A stretch of 41,526 nt of DNA from Candidatus Nealsonbacteria bacterium (GTDB taxonomy: Bacteria > Patescibacteriota > Minisyncoccia > Minisyncoccales > JAGMDC01), in assembly GCA_030612885.1 (NCBI GenBank), contig JAUWMZ010000006.1, positions 1-41,526 of the forward strand, in the 5' to 3' direction. Shown one piece after another: positions 23,763 to 35,703 of the stretch (position 1 is the stretch's first letter; each line of letters begins with the position of its first letter). A model generated the notes under the pieces. The model saw nothing but the letters and a program-made list of their open reading frames with translations, made no database searches and was not told the origin of the DNA. The position numbers and the translations under genes were made by a program.

Positions 23763-25013
23763 ATGAGGCAATCGCAACTTTTTACTAAAACAATTAGAGA
23801 AGCATCGAAAGATGAGAAATCTCTAAACGCTCAACTTTTGCTTAGGGCTGGTTTTATTGATAAATTAAGCTCTGGTGTTTACACTTTTCTGCCTTTGGGC
23901 TTCCGAGTTTTAGAAAAAATTGAAAAAATAATTTCTCAAGAAATAGAAAGTATCAATGGCCAAAGAATTTTAATGCCAACCCTTGTTTCTAAGAAGAATT
24001 GGCAGCAAACTGGCCGCTGGAAAGCATTTGAAGAACTTTACAAAGTTAAAGGAAAAGGTGGTCAAGAATACGGTTTAGGTTCAACCCATGAAGAGGTGAT
24101 AGTGCCAGTGGTTCAGAAATATGTTTCTTCTTATAAGAATTTGCCTTGTTATGTTTACCAAATCCAAACAAAATTTAGAGATGAAATCAGAGTAAAGTCA
24201 GGAATTCTTAGAACTCGGGAATTTGATATGAAAGACCTTTATTCTTTTCATAAAGATGAAAAAGATTTAGATAAATATTACGAAAAAGTTAAAAAGACAT
24301 ATTTTGATATTTTAAAAAGAATGGGTTTAAAAGATAAAACTTATTTAACTTTAGCATCTGGCGGCACTTTTTCTAAATTTTCTCATGAGTTTCAAACCAT
24401 AACTCCGGCTGGTGAAGATATTGTACATATCTGTCAAAACTGCGGCTTGGCTGTCAACGAAGAAATCAAAAAAGACCATTCTAAATGTTTTCAATGCGGC
24501 AGAAGAGAGTTTAAAAAAGAAAAAGTTATTGAAGTAGGTAATATTTTTAAACTGGGCACAAAATATACCAAACCGTTTAATTTTCAATTTACAGACAAAG
24601 ATGGTTCAAAGAAATTAGTAGTAATGGGCTGTTATGGAATAGGTCTTAGTCGTTTAATGGGAACAATAGCAGAAGTTCATAATGATAAAAGTGGAATTAT
24701 CTGGCCCAAAGAGGTGGCGCCGTTTGATGCTCATTTAATCCAGATCGGAAATAGTAATGAAATTAATAAACAAACAAAAAAGGTGTATAATGCTTTTGAG
24801 AAACAAGGAATTGAAGTGTTGTATGATGACAGGGAGGATAAATCTCCTGGAGAAAAATTTGCTGATGCTGATTTGATTGGAATACCTTTAAGAATTGTGA
24901 TAAGCGAACGAACCTTGGCTAAAAATTGTGTTGAAATAAAAAAGAGAAGCAAAACTAAAACAGAGTTAGTAAAGTTAAATTTACTAAATTCATATATTTG
25001 TAAAAATTCATAA
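23763..25013 (+). CDS. proS: Proline--tRNA ligase, compact form without INS editing domain
   Basis: MRQSQLFTKTIREASKDEKSLNAQLLLRAGFIDKLSSGVYTFLPLG, YQIQTKFRDEIR. A Cys4 segment CQNCG...CFQCG sits where the INS domain normally is. 416 aa. Confidence 0.88.
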   Translation: MRQSQLFTKTIREASKDEKSLNAQLLLRAGFIDKLSSGVYTFLPLGFRVLEKIEKIISQEIESINGQRILMPTLVSKKNWQQTGRWKAFEELYKVKGKGGQEYGLGSTHEEVIVPVVQKYVSSYKNLPCYVYQIQTKFRDEIRVKSGILRTREFDMKDLYSFHKDEKDLDKYYEKVKKTYFDILKRMGLKDKTYLTLASGGTFSKFSHEFQTITPAGEDIVHICQNCGLAVNEEIKKDHSKCFQCGRREFKKEKVIEVGNIFKLGTKYTKPFNFQFTDKDGSKKLVVMGCYGIGLSRLMGTIAEVHNDKSGIIWPKEVAPFDAHLIQIGNSNEINKQTKKVYNAFEKQGIEVLYDDREDKSPGEKFADADLIGIPLRIVISERTLAKNCVEIKKRSKTKTELVKLNLLNSYICKNS

Positions 25014-26069
25014 ATGATGTTCAATAAACTTTTTAGATATTTATCACAAGATATTGCTATTGATTTAGGGACAGCTAATTCCCTGGTCTATGTCAGGGGT
25101 AAAGGGATTGTTATTTCTGAACCCTCGGTAGTAGCCTTAAACCGGAAAACTGGTCAGGTTTTAGCTATTGGAGATGAAGCAAAAAAAATGGTAGGTAGAA
25201 CCCCTGCTTACATTATAGCCACCAGACCTTTGGTAAAAGGGGTGATTTCTGATTTTGAAGTAACCGAGCAAATGTTAAAGTATTTTCTTGAAAAAGTTCG
25301 TAAAAGCAAGCTGTCTTTTATCAATCAACCCAGGGTAATTGTTGGTATTCCTTGCGGCGTTACTGAAGTAGAAAGGAAAGCTGTGCAGGATGCCACTAAG
25401 TCAGCCGGAGCAAGAAAGGTTTATTTGATTGAACAGCCAATAGCAGCAGCTATTGGAGCAAGATTAGCGGTGCAGGAAGCAGGAGGAAATTTTATTGTTG
25501 ATATCGGCGGCGGAACAACCGAAATAGCAGTGATTTCTTTAGGAGGAATGGTTATAGCTAAAAGCTTAAGGATTGCTGGCGACAAACTTAATGAAGACAT
25601 AATTTATTATGCCCAGGAAGAGTATAAATTGCTTATAGGAGAAAGAACAGCAGAGGAAATTAAAATTGGCATTGGCTCTGCCTATCCTTCAAAAGAAAAA
25701 AAAGAAATGCCAATGAGGGGAAGAAATTTAGTTACTGGCTTGCCTGAAGAGATTACTGTTTCTGACGAGGATATTCGCAAAGCATTGGAAAAATCAGTAA
25801 AACAAATTGTAGATGAGATAAAAGCTACTGTAGAAGAAACACCGCCGGAACTTTTAGCCGATGTTATGTCAAAAGGAATATATCTTGCTGGAGGCGGTTC
25901 ATTGCTTAGAGATTTAGATACTCTTATCACCAAAGAGACCAAAATTCCGGCTAAAATTATTGACGATCCTTTAACGGCAGTGGCTCGGGGGGCAGGAATG
26001 GTTTTAGAAAAGTTAGATGAACTTCAAGAGGTTTTAATAGAAACAGAGGAGATGGAACCGCCCCGTTAA
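25014..26069 (+). CDS. mreB: Rod shape-determining protein MreB, paralog 2
   Basis: IAIDLGTANSLVYVRGKGIVISEPSVVAL, DIGGGTTEIAVISLGG, GIYLAGGGSLL. Its ATG directly abuts the proS stop. Confidence 0.92.
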   Translation: MMFNKLFRYLSQDIAIDLGTANSLVYVRGKGIVISEPSVVALNRKTGQVLAIGDEAKKMVGRTPAYIIATRPLVKGVISDFEVTEQMLKYFLEKVRKSKLSFINQPRVIVGIPCGVTEVERKAVQDATKSAGARKVYLIEQPIAAAIGARLAVQEAGGNFIVDIGGGTTEIAVISLGGMVIAKSLRIAGDKLNEDIIYYAQEEYKLLIGERTAEEIKIGIGSAYPSKEKKEMPMRGRNLVTGLPEEITVSDEDIRKALEKSVKQIVDEIKATVEETPPELLADVMSKGIYLAGGGSLLRDLDTLITKETKIPAKIIDDPLTAVARGAGMVLEKLDELQEVLIETEEMEPPR

Positions 26070-26216
26070 AATTTTCAATTTTCAATTTTCATTAAATTGC
26101 AATTCTACGAGGAGTCCCGAACTTCGTTCGGTACAGCAATTCTAAAATTTTCAATTAAATAATTAGAAATTAGAAATTTAATAGAAATTAAATAATTAGA
26201 AATTAGAAATTTTATT
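26070..26216. repeat. AT-rich heptamer arrays flanking a central GC hairpin, mreB-gatC spacer
   Basis: aattttcaattttcaattttc..., then attgcaattcta-cgaggagtc-ccgaac-ttc-gttcgg-tac-agcaattcta, then ...attagaaattagaaattt. Confidence 0.75.
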
Positions 26217-26495
26217 ATGATCGATGTAGAACATATCGCAAAATTAGCAAGATTAGAAATATCTCAAGATGAAGTTGAAAAAATGAGAAATGAGCTTTCT
26301 TCTATTTTGGATTATTTTGATTCATTAAAGAAAGTAGATGTTAAGAAAGTTAAACCTTCCAGCCATTCTTTTTCAGTTGAGAATGTAATGAGAGAAGATT
26401 TACCTAAAAAACAACCAAAAGAAAAAAATGATAAATTATTAAAGGCAATGCCAGAGAAAAAAGGAAGATACTTAAAAGTGAAAAGCGTGTTATGA
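26217..26495 (+). CDS. gatC: Glu/Asp-tRNA amidotransferase subunit C
   Basis: IAKLARLEISQDEVEKMRNELSSILDYFDSLKKVD. 4-nt overlap with gatA. Confidence 0.9.
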   Translation: MIDVEHIAKLARLEISQDEVEKMRNELSSILDYFDSLKKVDVKKVKPSSHSFSVENVMREDLPKKQPKEKNDKLLKAMPEKKGRYLKVKSVL

Positions 26496-27937
26496 ATTTA
26501 ACTAATCTCACTATCACCAAAACCCATCAGGGTTTAATAAATAAAGATTTTTCCGCTGTAGAGCTAACTAAGGCCTATTTAAATAAAATAAAAAAAGAAG
26601 ATAAAAAAATTCATTCTTTTTTGACAATTTCTAAAGATTTAGCTTTTTCTCAAGCCAGGGAAATAGATAAAAAAATCTCTAAAAAAGAAAATATAGATTT
26701 ATTAGCTGGAATTCCCAGCGCTATTAAAGACAACATAATGGTAGAGGACATTAGATGCACAGCTGCCTCAAAGATTTTAGAGAATTATGTTGCTTCTTAT
26801 AATGCTACAGTGATAGAAAAACTAAAAAAAGCAGGAACAGTAATTTTAGGAAAGACAAATTTAGATGAGTTTGCTATGGGTTCTTCCTGCGAAAATTCTG
26901 CTTTTGGAACGACAAAAAACCCCTGTGATTTAAAACGAGTGACTGGCGGTTCTTCTGGCGGTTCAGCTGCTGCTGTGGCTGCTGACTTATGCGGTTATGC
27001 TTTGGGTTCTGATACCGGCGGTTCTATTCGCTTGCCAGCATCATTTTGCGGAGTTGTTGGTTTAAAGCCGACTTATGGAACTGTCTCTCGTTATGGTTTA
27101 ATTGCTTTTGCTTCTTCTTTAGATCAAATTGGGCCAATAACTAAAACGATTGAGGACTGTAAAATTGTTTTTGACGCTATTAGTGGTTGGGATGAGATGG
27201 ACAGTACTTCGGTAAATTCAAAATTCAAAATTCAAAATTCAAAATTACAATTCAAAATTGAAAATTTACGCATTGGTATACCGAAGGAATATTTTGTAAA
27301 GGGAATGGACAAAGAAGTTGAAAAGAAGATTAAAAAAGCAATTAAAAAATATGAAGCTCGGGGAGCAAAAATTATAGAGGTCTCTCTGCCTCATACAGAA
27401 TATGCTCTGCCAGTTTATTATATTATTAGTACTTCAGAGGCAAGCGCTAATCTGGCTCGTTATGACGGAATAAGATACGGAAAGTCAAAAGTCAAAAAAT
27501 CAAGAGTCAAAAGTTTATTAGATGTTTATTTAGAAAATAGGGGACAAGGTTTTGGAGACGAGGTAAAAAGGAGAATAATGCTTGGAACATATGCTTTATC
27601 TTCTGGTTATTATGACGCCTATTATTTGAAAGCTCAGAAAGTTAGAACCTTAATTAAACAGGATTTTGAAAATGTTTTTAAGAAAGTAGACGTTCTTTTA
27701 ACTCCGGTTTCTCCTACTACTGCTTTTAAGATCGGAGAGAAAACGGATAATCCTCTAACAATGTATCTTTCTGATATTTTTACCATTTCAGTTAATTTAG
27801 CCGGATTGCCTGCTTTGTCTTTACCTTGCGGTATGGTTGGAAAACTGTCAGTGGGTTTACAAATTATCGGTAAGCCATTTGAAGAAGAAAGAATCTTAGA
27901 GATAGGGAAAACACTTGAAAACATATTAACATCCTAA
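26492..27937 (+). CDS. gatA: Glu/Asp-tRNA amidotransferase subunit A
   Basis: Amidase signature GGSSGGSAAAVAADLC..LGSDTGGSIRLPASFCGVVGLKPTYG. Confidence 0.93.
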   Translation: MNLTNLTITKTHQGLINKDFSAVELTKAYLNKIKKEDKKIHSFLTISKDLAFSQAREIDKKISKKENIDLLAGIPSAIKDNIMVEDIRCTAASKILENYVASYNATVIEKLKKAGTVILGKTNLDEFAMGSSCENSAFGTTKNPCDLKRVTGGSSGGSAAAVAADLCGYALGSDTGGSIRLPASFCGVVGLKPTYGTVSRYGLIAFASSLDQIGPITKTIEDCKIVFDAISGWDEMDSTSVNSKFKIQNSKLQFKIENLRIGIPKEYFVKGMDKEVEKKIKKAIKKYEARGAKIIEVSLPHTEYALPVYYIISTSEASANLARYDGIRYGKSKVKKSRVKSLLDVYLENRGQGFGDEVKRRIMLGTYALSSGYYDAYYLKAQKVRTLIKQDFENVFKKVDVLLTPVSPTTAFKIGEKTDNPLTMYLSDIFTISVNLAGLPALSLPCGMVGKLSVGLQIIGKPFEEERILEIGKTLENILTS

Positions 27938-27954
27938 CATCTAAACATGTTAAA

Positions 27955-28470
27955 ATGGATTTTTCAAATCTAATTTCATATTTAAGTTCAAATAAAATAA
28001 GCGAAACATTGCTTCCTTTTCGTAATGTTTTTTTTCTTTTTTCTTTATTCTTTTTCATAATTATTCTTTCGCTATTTCTGAAAACAAGCTGGAAAAAATA
28101 CGCTTTTTTAGAAGATGTTGTTCATTTCTTCTTTTTTAGGCCTTATGGAATTAAGAAATTTACTAAGTCCTGGCAGAAAATTGCTAAAAAGTTAAGAAGC
28201 GGCGATGAGTCAGAATATAAATTAGCCATTATTGAAGCAGACGAGACACTAAATGATATTTTAGAGAAAGTAGGATATTCAGGAGAAACATTAGAAGAGA
28301 AAATAGATAAAGTGAGTTTGGTTGTCATTTCTAATAAAGAAGAAATTTTAAAAGTCCATAAAGTTAGGAATAGCATTGTTTATAATCCAAATTATAAAGT
28401 AGAGCTAGAAGAAGCAAAAAAATTATTAGAAATTTATAGAAAAGCGCTTACAGATTTAGGAATGCTCTAA
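27955..28470 (+). CDS. Hypothetical membrane protein
   Basis: 171-aa ORF, one TM (FFLFSLFFFIIILSLFL). No recognised motif. Confidence 0.5.
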   Translation: MDFSNLISYLSSNKISETLLPFRNVFFLFSLFFFIIILSLFLKTSWKKYAFLEDVVHFFFFRPYGIKKFTKSWQKIAKKLRSGDESEYKLAIIEADETLNDILEKVGYSGETLEEKIDKVSLVVISNKEEILKVHKVRNSIVYNPNYKVELEEAKKLLEIYRKALTDLGML

Positions 28471-28508
28471 ACACAAAAACCTTTGGGAAGCCATCCCGCA
28501 GTTTTGTG

Positions 28509-28537
28509 TTGACTTTAAGGACTAAATGAGATAAAAT
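28509..28537 (+). promoter_or_regulatory. Sigma-70-like promoter of the tRNA operon
   Basis: TTGACT, 17 nt, TAAAAT. The -10 ends 9 nt before the first tRNA. Confidence 0.55.
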
Positions 28538-28546
28538 GTAAAATAC

Positions 28547-28617
28547 AGCGGGGTGGAGAAGTAGTATCTTGCCAGCCTCATAAGCTGGAGACCCAGGCGC
28601 AATTCCTGGCCCCGCAA
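28547..28617 (+). tRNA. tRNA (anticodon CAT), initiator-like acceptor stem, non-canonical D and T loops
   Basis: Hand fold: acceptor GCGGGG/CCCCGC as I recall it for E. coli tRNA-fMet, with an A1xA72 mismatch; D stem GAGA/TCTT; anticodon arm ccagc-CTCATAA-gctgg; T arm ccagg-CGCAATT-cctgg. No encoded CCA. 71 nt. Confidence 0.6.
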
Positions 28618-28624
28618 CAAATTT

Positions 28625-28697
28625 GGCGGTGTAGCTCAGTGGTTAGAGCAATGCCTTCATAAGGCAGAGGTCGCTGGTTCAAATCCAGCCATCGCTA
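28625..28697 (+). tRNA. tRNA (anticodon CAT): elongator Met or Ile2 (lysidine)
   Basis: GGCGGTG-TA-GCTCAGTGGTTAGAGC-A-atgcc-TTCATAA-ggcag-aggtc-GCTGG-TTCAAAT-CCAGC-catcgct-a. Canonical D and T loops. Confidence 0.85.
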
Positions 28698-28768
28698 TAA
28701 GTTTTTTCAGAAAGCTTTTAGTCATTGGGGACGTAGATCAATTGATTAGATTGTTTCCTACCAAAAAT

Positions 28769-28843
28769 GCAGCGGTAGCTTAGTTGGTTTAAAGCGCCGC
28801 CCTGTCACGGCGGAGATCGTGGGTTCAAATCCCATTCGCTGCG
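28769..28843 (+). tRNA. tRNA-Asp (anticodon GTC)
   Basis: GCAGCGG-TA-GCTTAGTTGGTTTAAAGC-G-ccgcc-CTGTCAC-ggcgg-agatc-GTGGG-TTCAAAT-CCCAT-tcgctgc-g. Discriminator G73. Confidence 0.88.
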
Positions 28844-28850
28844 CAAGAGT

Positions 28851-28879
28851 ATACTGGACTTATAATCCAGTATTTTTTT
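28851..28879 (+). terminator. Rho-independent terminator of the tRNA operon
   Basis: tactgga-cttataa-tccagta followed by a T7 run. Confidence 0.8.
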
Positions 28880-28929
28880 GTTTTCCACAGTTGCTTTTAG
28901 TCATAAAATAAGTTAAAATAAGTATAACA

Positions 28930-29952
28930 ATGGATATAAAAGCAATCAAAAAAGAAGCAGAAAAAGACATAGATTCGGCTAAAAATTTAAAGGAATTAGA
29001 TGATATTTTTAAGAAATATCTGGGTAAAAAAGGAGAAATTACCCGGATTTTGCGTTCTTTAAAGGACTTGTCGGAGAAACAGAAAAAAGAAACAGGAATG
29101 CTGGCTAATAAAATCAAGAAAGAATTAGAAATAAATATAAAAGAAAAAAAATATGTGCTTCAATCATCTGACTGGCTGGCAAGTAAATTCCAGGATATTT
29201 TTGACATTACTGTTCCAAGCAAAAAACTATTAGTTGGCCATCTTCATCCTATTACTATTGTTAGAAGAAAAGTTGAGGAGATTTTTCAACAAATGGGTTT
29301 TTCCGTGGTTGAAGGCCCGGAAGTAGAAACTGAATGGTATAATTTTGACGCTTTAAATATTCCCAAAGACCATCCGGCTCGGGATGCTTGGGACACTTTG
29401 TGGCTAAAGCCTGAGAGTCAAAAGTTATTATTAAGAACTCATACTTCACCGGTACAAATTAGATATATGGAGAAAAATCAGCCGCCTTTGAGGATTATTG
29501 CGCCTGACAGGGTTTTCAGGCATGAAGCAACTGACGCCTCACATGATGTTCAGTTTTATCAATTAGAGGGATTGATGATTGGTAAAGATATTTCAGCAGC
29601 TAATTTTGTAGCTGTAATTCAGGAATTTTTTCAAAGATTTTTTAATAAAGAAATCAAGATACGACTTAGGCCTAGTTTTTTCCCTTTTACTGAACCAAGT
29701 TTTGAAATGGATATAAACTGTGTTAATTGCCAGGGTAAGGGATGTAGTGTTTGTAAACAAACTGGCTGGTTAGAAACTTTAGGAGCTGGCATGGTCCATC
29801 CTGAAGTATTTAAAGCTTGCGGATATAATCCAAAATTCTGGCAGGGTTTTGCCTTTGGAGTAGGGCTGGATAGATTAGCAATGATGAAATATAAAATCAA
29901 TGATATCCGTTTATTCTATTCCAGCGATTTGCGATTTTTAGAACAATTTTAA
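28930..29952 (+). CDS. pheS: Phenylalanine--tRNA ligase alpha subunit
   Basis: HPARDAWDT, LLRTHTSPVQIRYM, FRHEATDASHDVQFYQLEGL, FPFTEPSFEMD, GAGMVHP. Confidence 0.93.
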   Translation: MDIKAIKKEAEKDIDSAKNLKELDDIFKKYLGKKGEITRILRSLKDLSEKQKKETGMLANKIKKELEINIKEKKYVLQSSDWLASKFQDIFDITVPSKKLLVGHLHPITIVRRKVEEIFQQMGFSVVEGPEVETEWYNFDALNIPKDHPARDAWDTLWLKPESQKLLLRTHTSPVQIRYMEKNQPPLRIIAPDRVFRHEATDASHDVQFYQLEGLMIGKDISAANFVAVIQEFFQRFFNKEIKIRLRPSFFPFTEPSFEMDINCVNCQGKGCSVCKQTGWLETLGAGMVHPEVFKACGYNPKFWQGFAFGVGLDRLAMMKYKINDIRLFYSSDLRFLEQF

Positions 29953-29954
29953 TT

Positions 29955-34033
<4,079 letters not shown>

Positions 34034-34056
34034 TTGTTATTTTGTTATTTTAATTT

Positions 34057-34133
34057 CGGTGGCGGGAATATTTCCACCACCGGAAAGAACTTGCCCGAAG
34101 GGATACCCTGCCCTTTAAGGCAGGGTAGTTCAT
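34057..34133. repeat. Repeat family B, copy 1 (hairpin, then gaaaNaacttgcccg, then a 9-bp stem-loop)
   Basis: cggtgg...ccaccg hairpin, gaaagaacttgcccgaagggataccctgcc-ctttaa-ggcagggtagttcat. The related copy at 38809-38924 carries a ~30-nt internal insert. Confidence 0.65.
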
Positions 34134-34154
34134 AACGAAGCCCGCAGGGGCTGT

Positions 34155-34275
34155 TTTCAGACCACTAATAATTACTAATCTTCACCACTAATAATTCACT
34201 AATTTTAATCACAAATATTCACTAATAATTTATTCGTGATAATTAGTGATTCTAATTCGTGATATAATTAGCGGT
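34155..34275. repeat. AT-rich palindrome of cactaat / attagtg and atcacaaat / attcgtgat units upstream of secE
   Basis: accactaataattactaatcttcaccactaataattcactaat...tattcgtgataattagtgattctaattcgtgatataattagc. Confidence 0.7.
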
Positions 34276-34491
34276 ATGTTATTTAAATTCGTGATAAATA
34301 TTAGCGGTTTTCCAAATAAGATTATTACTTTTCTCAAAGAAGCAATGCTGGAACTGAAAAAAGTCAATTGGCCTACCCGCCAGGAAACTTTAAGATACAC
34401 TTTAATTGTTATTGGTATTTCTGTGGCAGTAGCTATATTTTTAGGCGGCTTAGATGTTATCTTCAGCAGATTATTAGAAAAATTATTGTAA
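34276..34491 (+). CDS. secE: Preprotein translocase subunit SecE
   Basis: FLKEAMLELKKVNWPTRQETLRYTLIVIGISVAVAIFLGGLDVIFSRLL. ATG at 34276 preferred; the GTG at 34246 lies inside the repeat. Confidence 0.85.
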   Translation: MLFKFVINISGFPNKIITFLKEAMLELKKVNWPTRQETLRYTLIVIGISVAVAIFLGGLDVIFSRLLEKLL

Positions 34492-34570
34492 TTTTTATTT
34501 TTGCTCTGTTATTTTGCATTTTGCATTTTACATTTTGAATTTTGCATTTGACCGAGCGAAGCGAGAGAAC

Positions 34571-35116
34571 GTGCCCAAACAACAAATTGCTCAAGAAAAA
34601 AATTGGTATGTATTACACACCTATTCCGGTTATGAAGATGCCGTGGCCAAAAGCTTGAAACAGCGCATAGAGTCTTTAGGTATGGAAGATAAAATTTTTG
34701 ATGTTATCGTTCCCAAAGAAAAAAAGATTAAAATTAAAAATAGCAAAAGAAAAACCGTTGAAGAAAAAATTTATCCGGGTTATGTCTTGGTCCAAATGAT
34801 AGTTACAGATGATTCCTGGTATGTTGTTAGAAATACTCCTAATGTTACTGGTTTTGTCGGCGCCGGAACCACGCCGGTTCCAGTTTCCAAAGGAGAAATT
34901 GAAATTTTAAAAAAGAGAATGGGCGTAGAAACACCTCAATATAAAATTGATGTTAAGATAGGAGATATGGTAAAGATTATAGACGGACTTTTTAAAGATT
35001 ATGACGGAAAGGTTTCAGAGATTGACCAAGAAAAAGGAAAAGTTAAAATCTTGGTAAATATGTTCGGCAGAGACACACCAGTAGAATTAGATTCATTACA
35101 AATTAAGAAGATCTGA
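34571..35116 (+). CDS. nusG: Transcription termination/antitermination factor NusG
   Basis: KNWYVLHTYSGYEDAVAKSLKQRIE..., PGYVLVQM, NTPNVTGFVG, KOW motif GDMVKIIDGLFKDYDGKVSEID. GTG at 34571 preferred; the ORF-track start at 34514 runs through a ttttgca repeat. Confidence 0.9.
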   Translation: MPKQQIAQEKNWYVLHTYSGYEDAVAKSLKQRIESLGMEDKIFDVIVPKEKKIKIKNSKRKTVEEKIYPGYVLVQMIVTDDSWYVVRNTPNVTGFVGAGTTPVPVSKGEIEILKKRMGVETPQYKIDVKIGDMVKIIDGLFKDYDGKVSEIDQEKGKVKILVNMFGRDTPVELDSLQIKKI

Positions 35117-35267
35117 CGCTCGGAAAGTAATTTTTAGGAGACGCTCGTTTACTTCCAGCGAGCAAACTCGCTCAGCTCTCGGCAAAATTCGAGCACTCAA
35201 TGTTTTGAGTGCTCGACCAAGCAATTTTGTCTCGAGGTGCTCCATAAAAATTACTTTTCCTCGCTTA
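35117..35267. repeat. Structured repeat family A, copy 2
   Basis: Starts 1 nt after the nusG stop and ends 11 nt before the rplK ATG. The terminal hairpin cgagcactcaatgttttgagtgctcg (35190-35215) shows a T:A to C:G compensatory change relative to copy 1. Confidence 0.85.
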
Positions 35268-35278
35268 AACATAAGTTT

Positions 35279-35698
35279 ATGAAAAAAATAAAAGCCATCG
35301 TTAAGTTACAAATAGAGGCTGGGAAAGCGACGCCAGCTCCTCCTATTGGTTCGACTTTAGCCCAATATGGACTAAATATTGCTGAATTTTGTCAAAAGTT
35401 TAATGATGCCAGTAAAAATCAAACCGGTTTTAAAATTCCAGTTGAAATTACTGTCTATGAAGACAGAACATATGATTTTAAGTTGAAACAGCCGCCAGTT
35501 GCCGAGCTTTTGAAAAAAGCAGCTGCCATTGAAAAGGGTTCTGGTACACCAAATAAAACAAAAGTAGCTAAAATTACTAAAACCCAGGTTCAAGAAATCG
35601 CCCAAAAGAAAATGCCTGACCTTAATGCCTTAGACATTGAAGGAGCAATGAAAATAGTAGAAGGCACAGCCCGCCAGATGGGAATTGAAATTGAATAA
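35279..35698 (+). CDS. rplK: 50S ribosomal protein L11
   Basis: [43 protein letters not shown]... Confidence 0.93.
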   Translation: MKKIKAIVKLQIEAGKATPAPPIGSTLAQYGLNIAEFCQKFNDASKNQTGFKIPVEITVYEDRTYDFKLKQPPVAELLKKAAAIEKGSGTPNKTKVAKITKTQVQEIAQKKMPDLNALDIEGAMKIVEGTARQMGIEIE

Positions 35699-35703
35699 AT
35701 TTT

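Noticed and set aside
28728-28765. ggggacgtagatcaattgattagattgtttcctacc between the second tRNA and tRNA-Asp as an additional tRNA
   Set aside because: Only an acceptor-5'-strand plus D-arm-like half can be drawn. No anticodon arm, T arm or 3' acceptor strand follows. At best it is a tRNA fragment.
34101-34130. ccctgcc-ctttaa-ggcaggg stem-loop of repeat B as a tRNA anticodon arm (TTA, suppressor-like)
   Set aside because: The loop is 6 nt rather than 7 with a 7-9 bp stem. No acceptor, D or T arms can be drawn around it.
34246-34570. Long ORF-track N-termini of secE (34246) and nusG (34514), and likewise rplK (35237), frr (21453), rpsK (7541) and gyrB (31976)
   Set aside because: The extensions start at non-ATG codons, run through repeat arrays or upstream genes, and add residues absent from the conserved families. 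Internal ATG/GTG starts fit the homologous N-termini.
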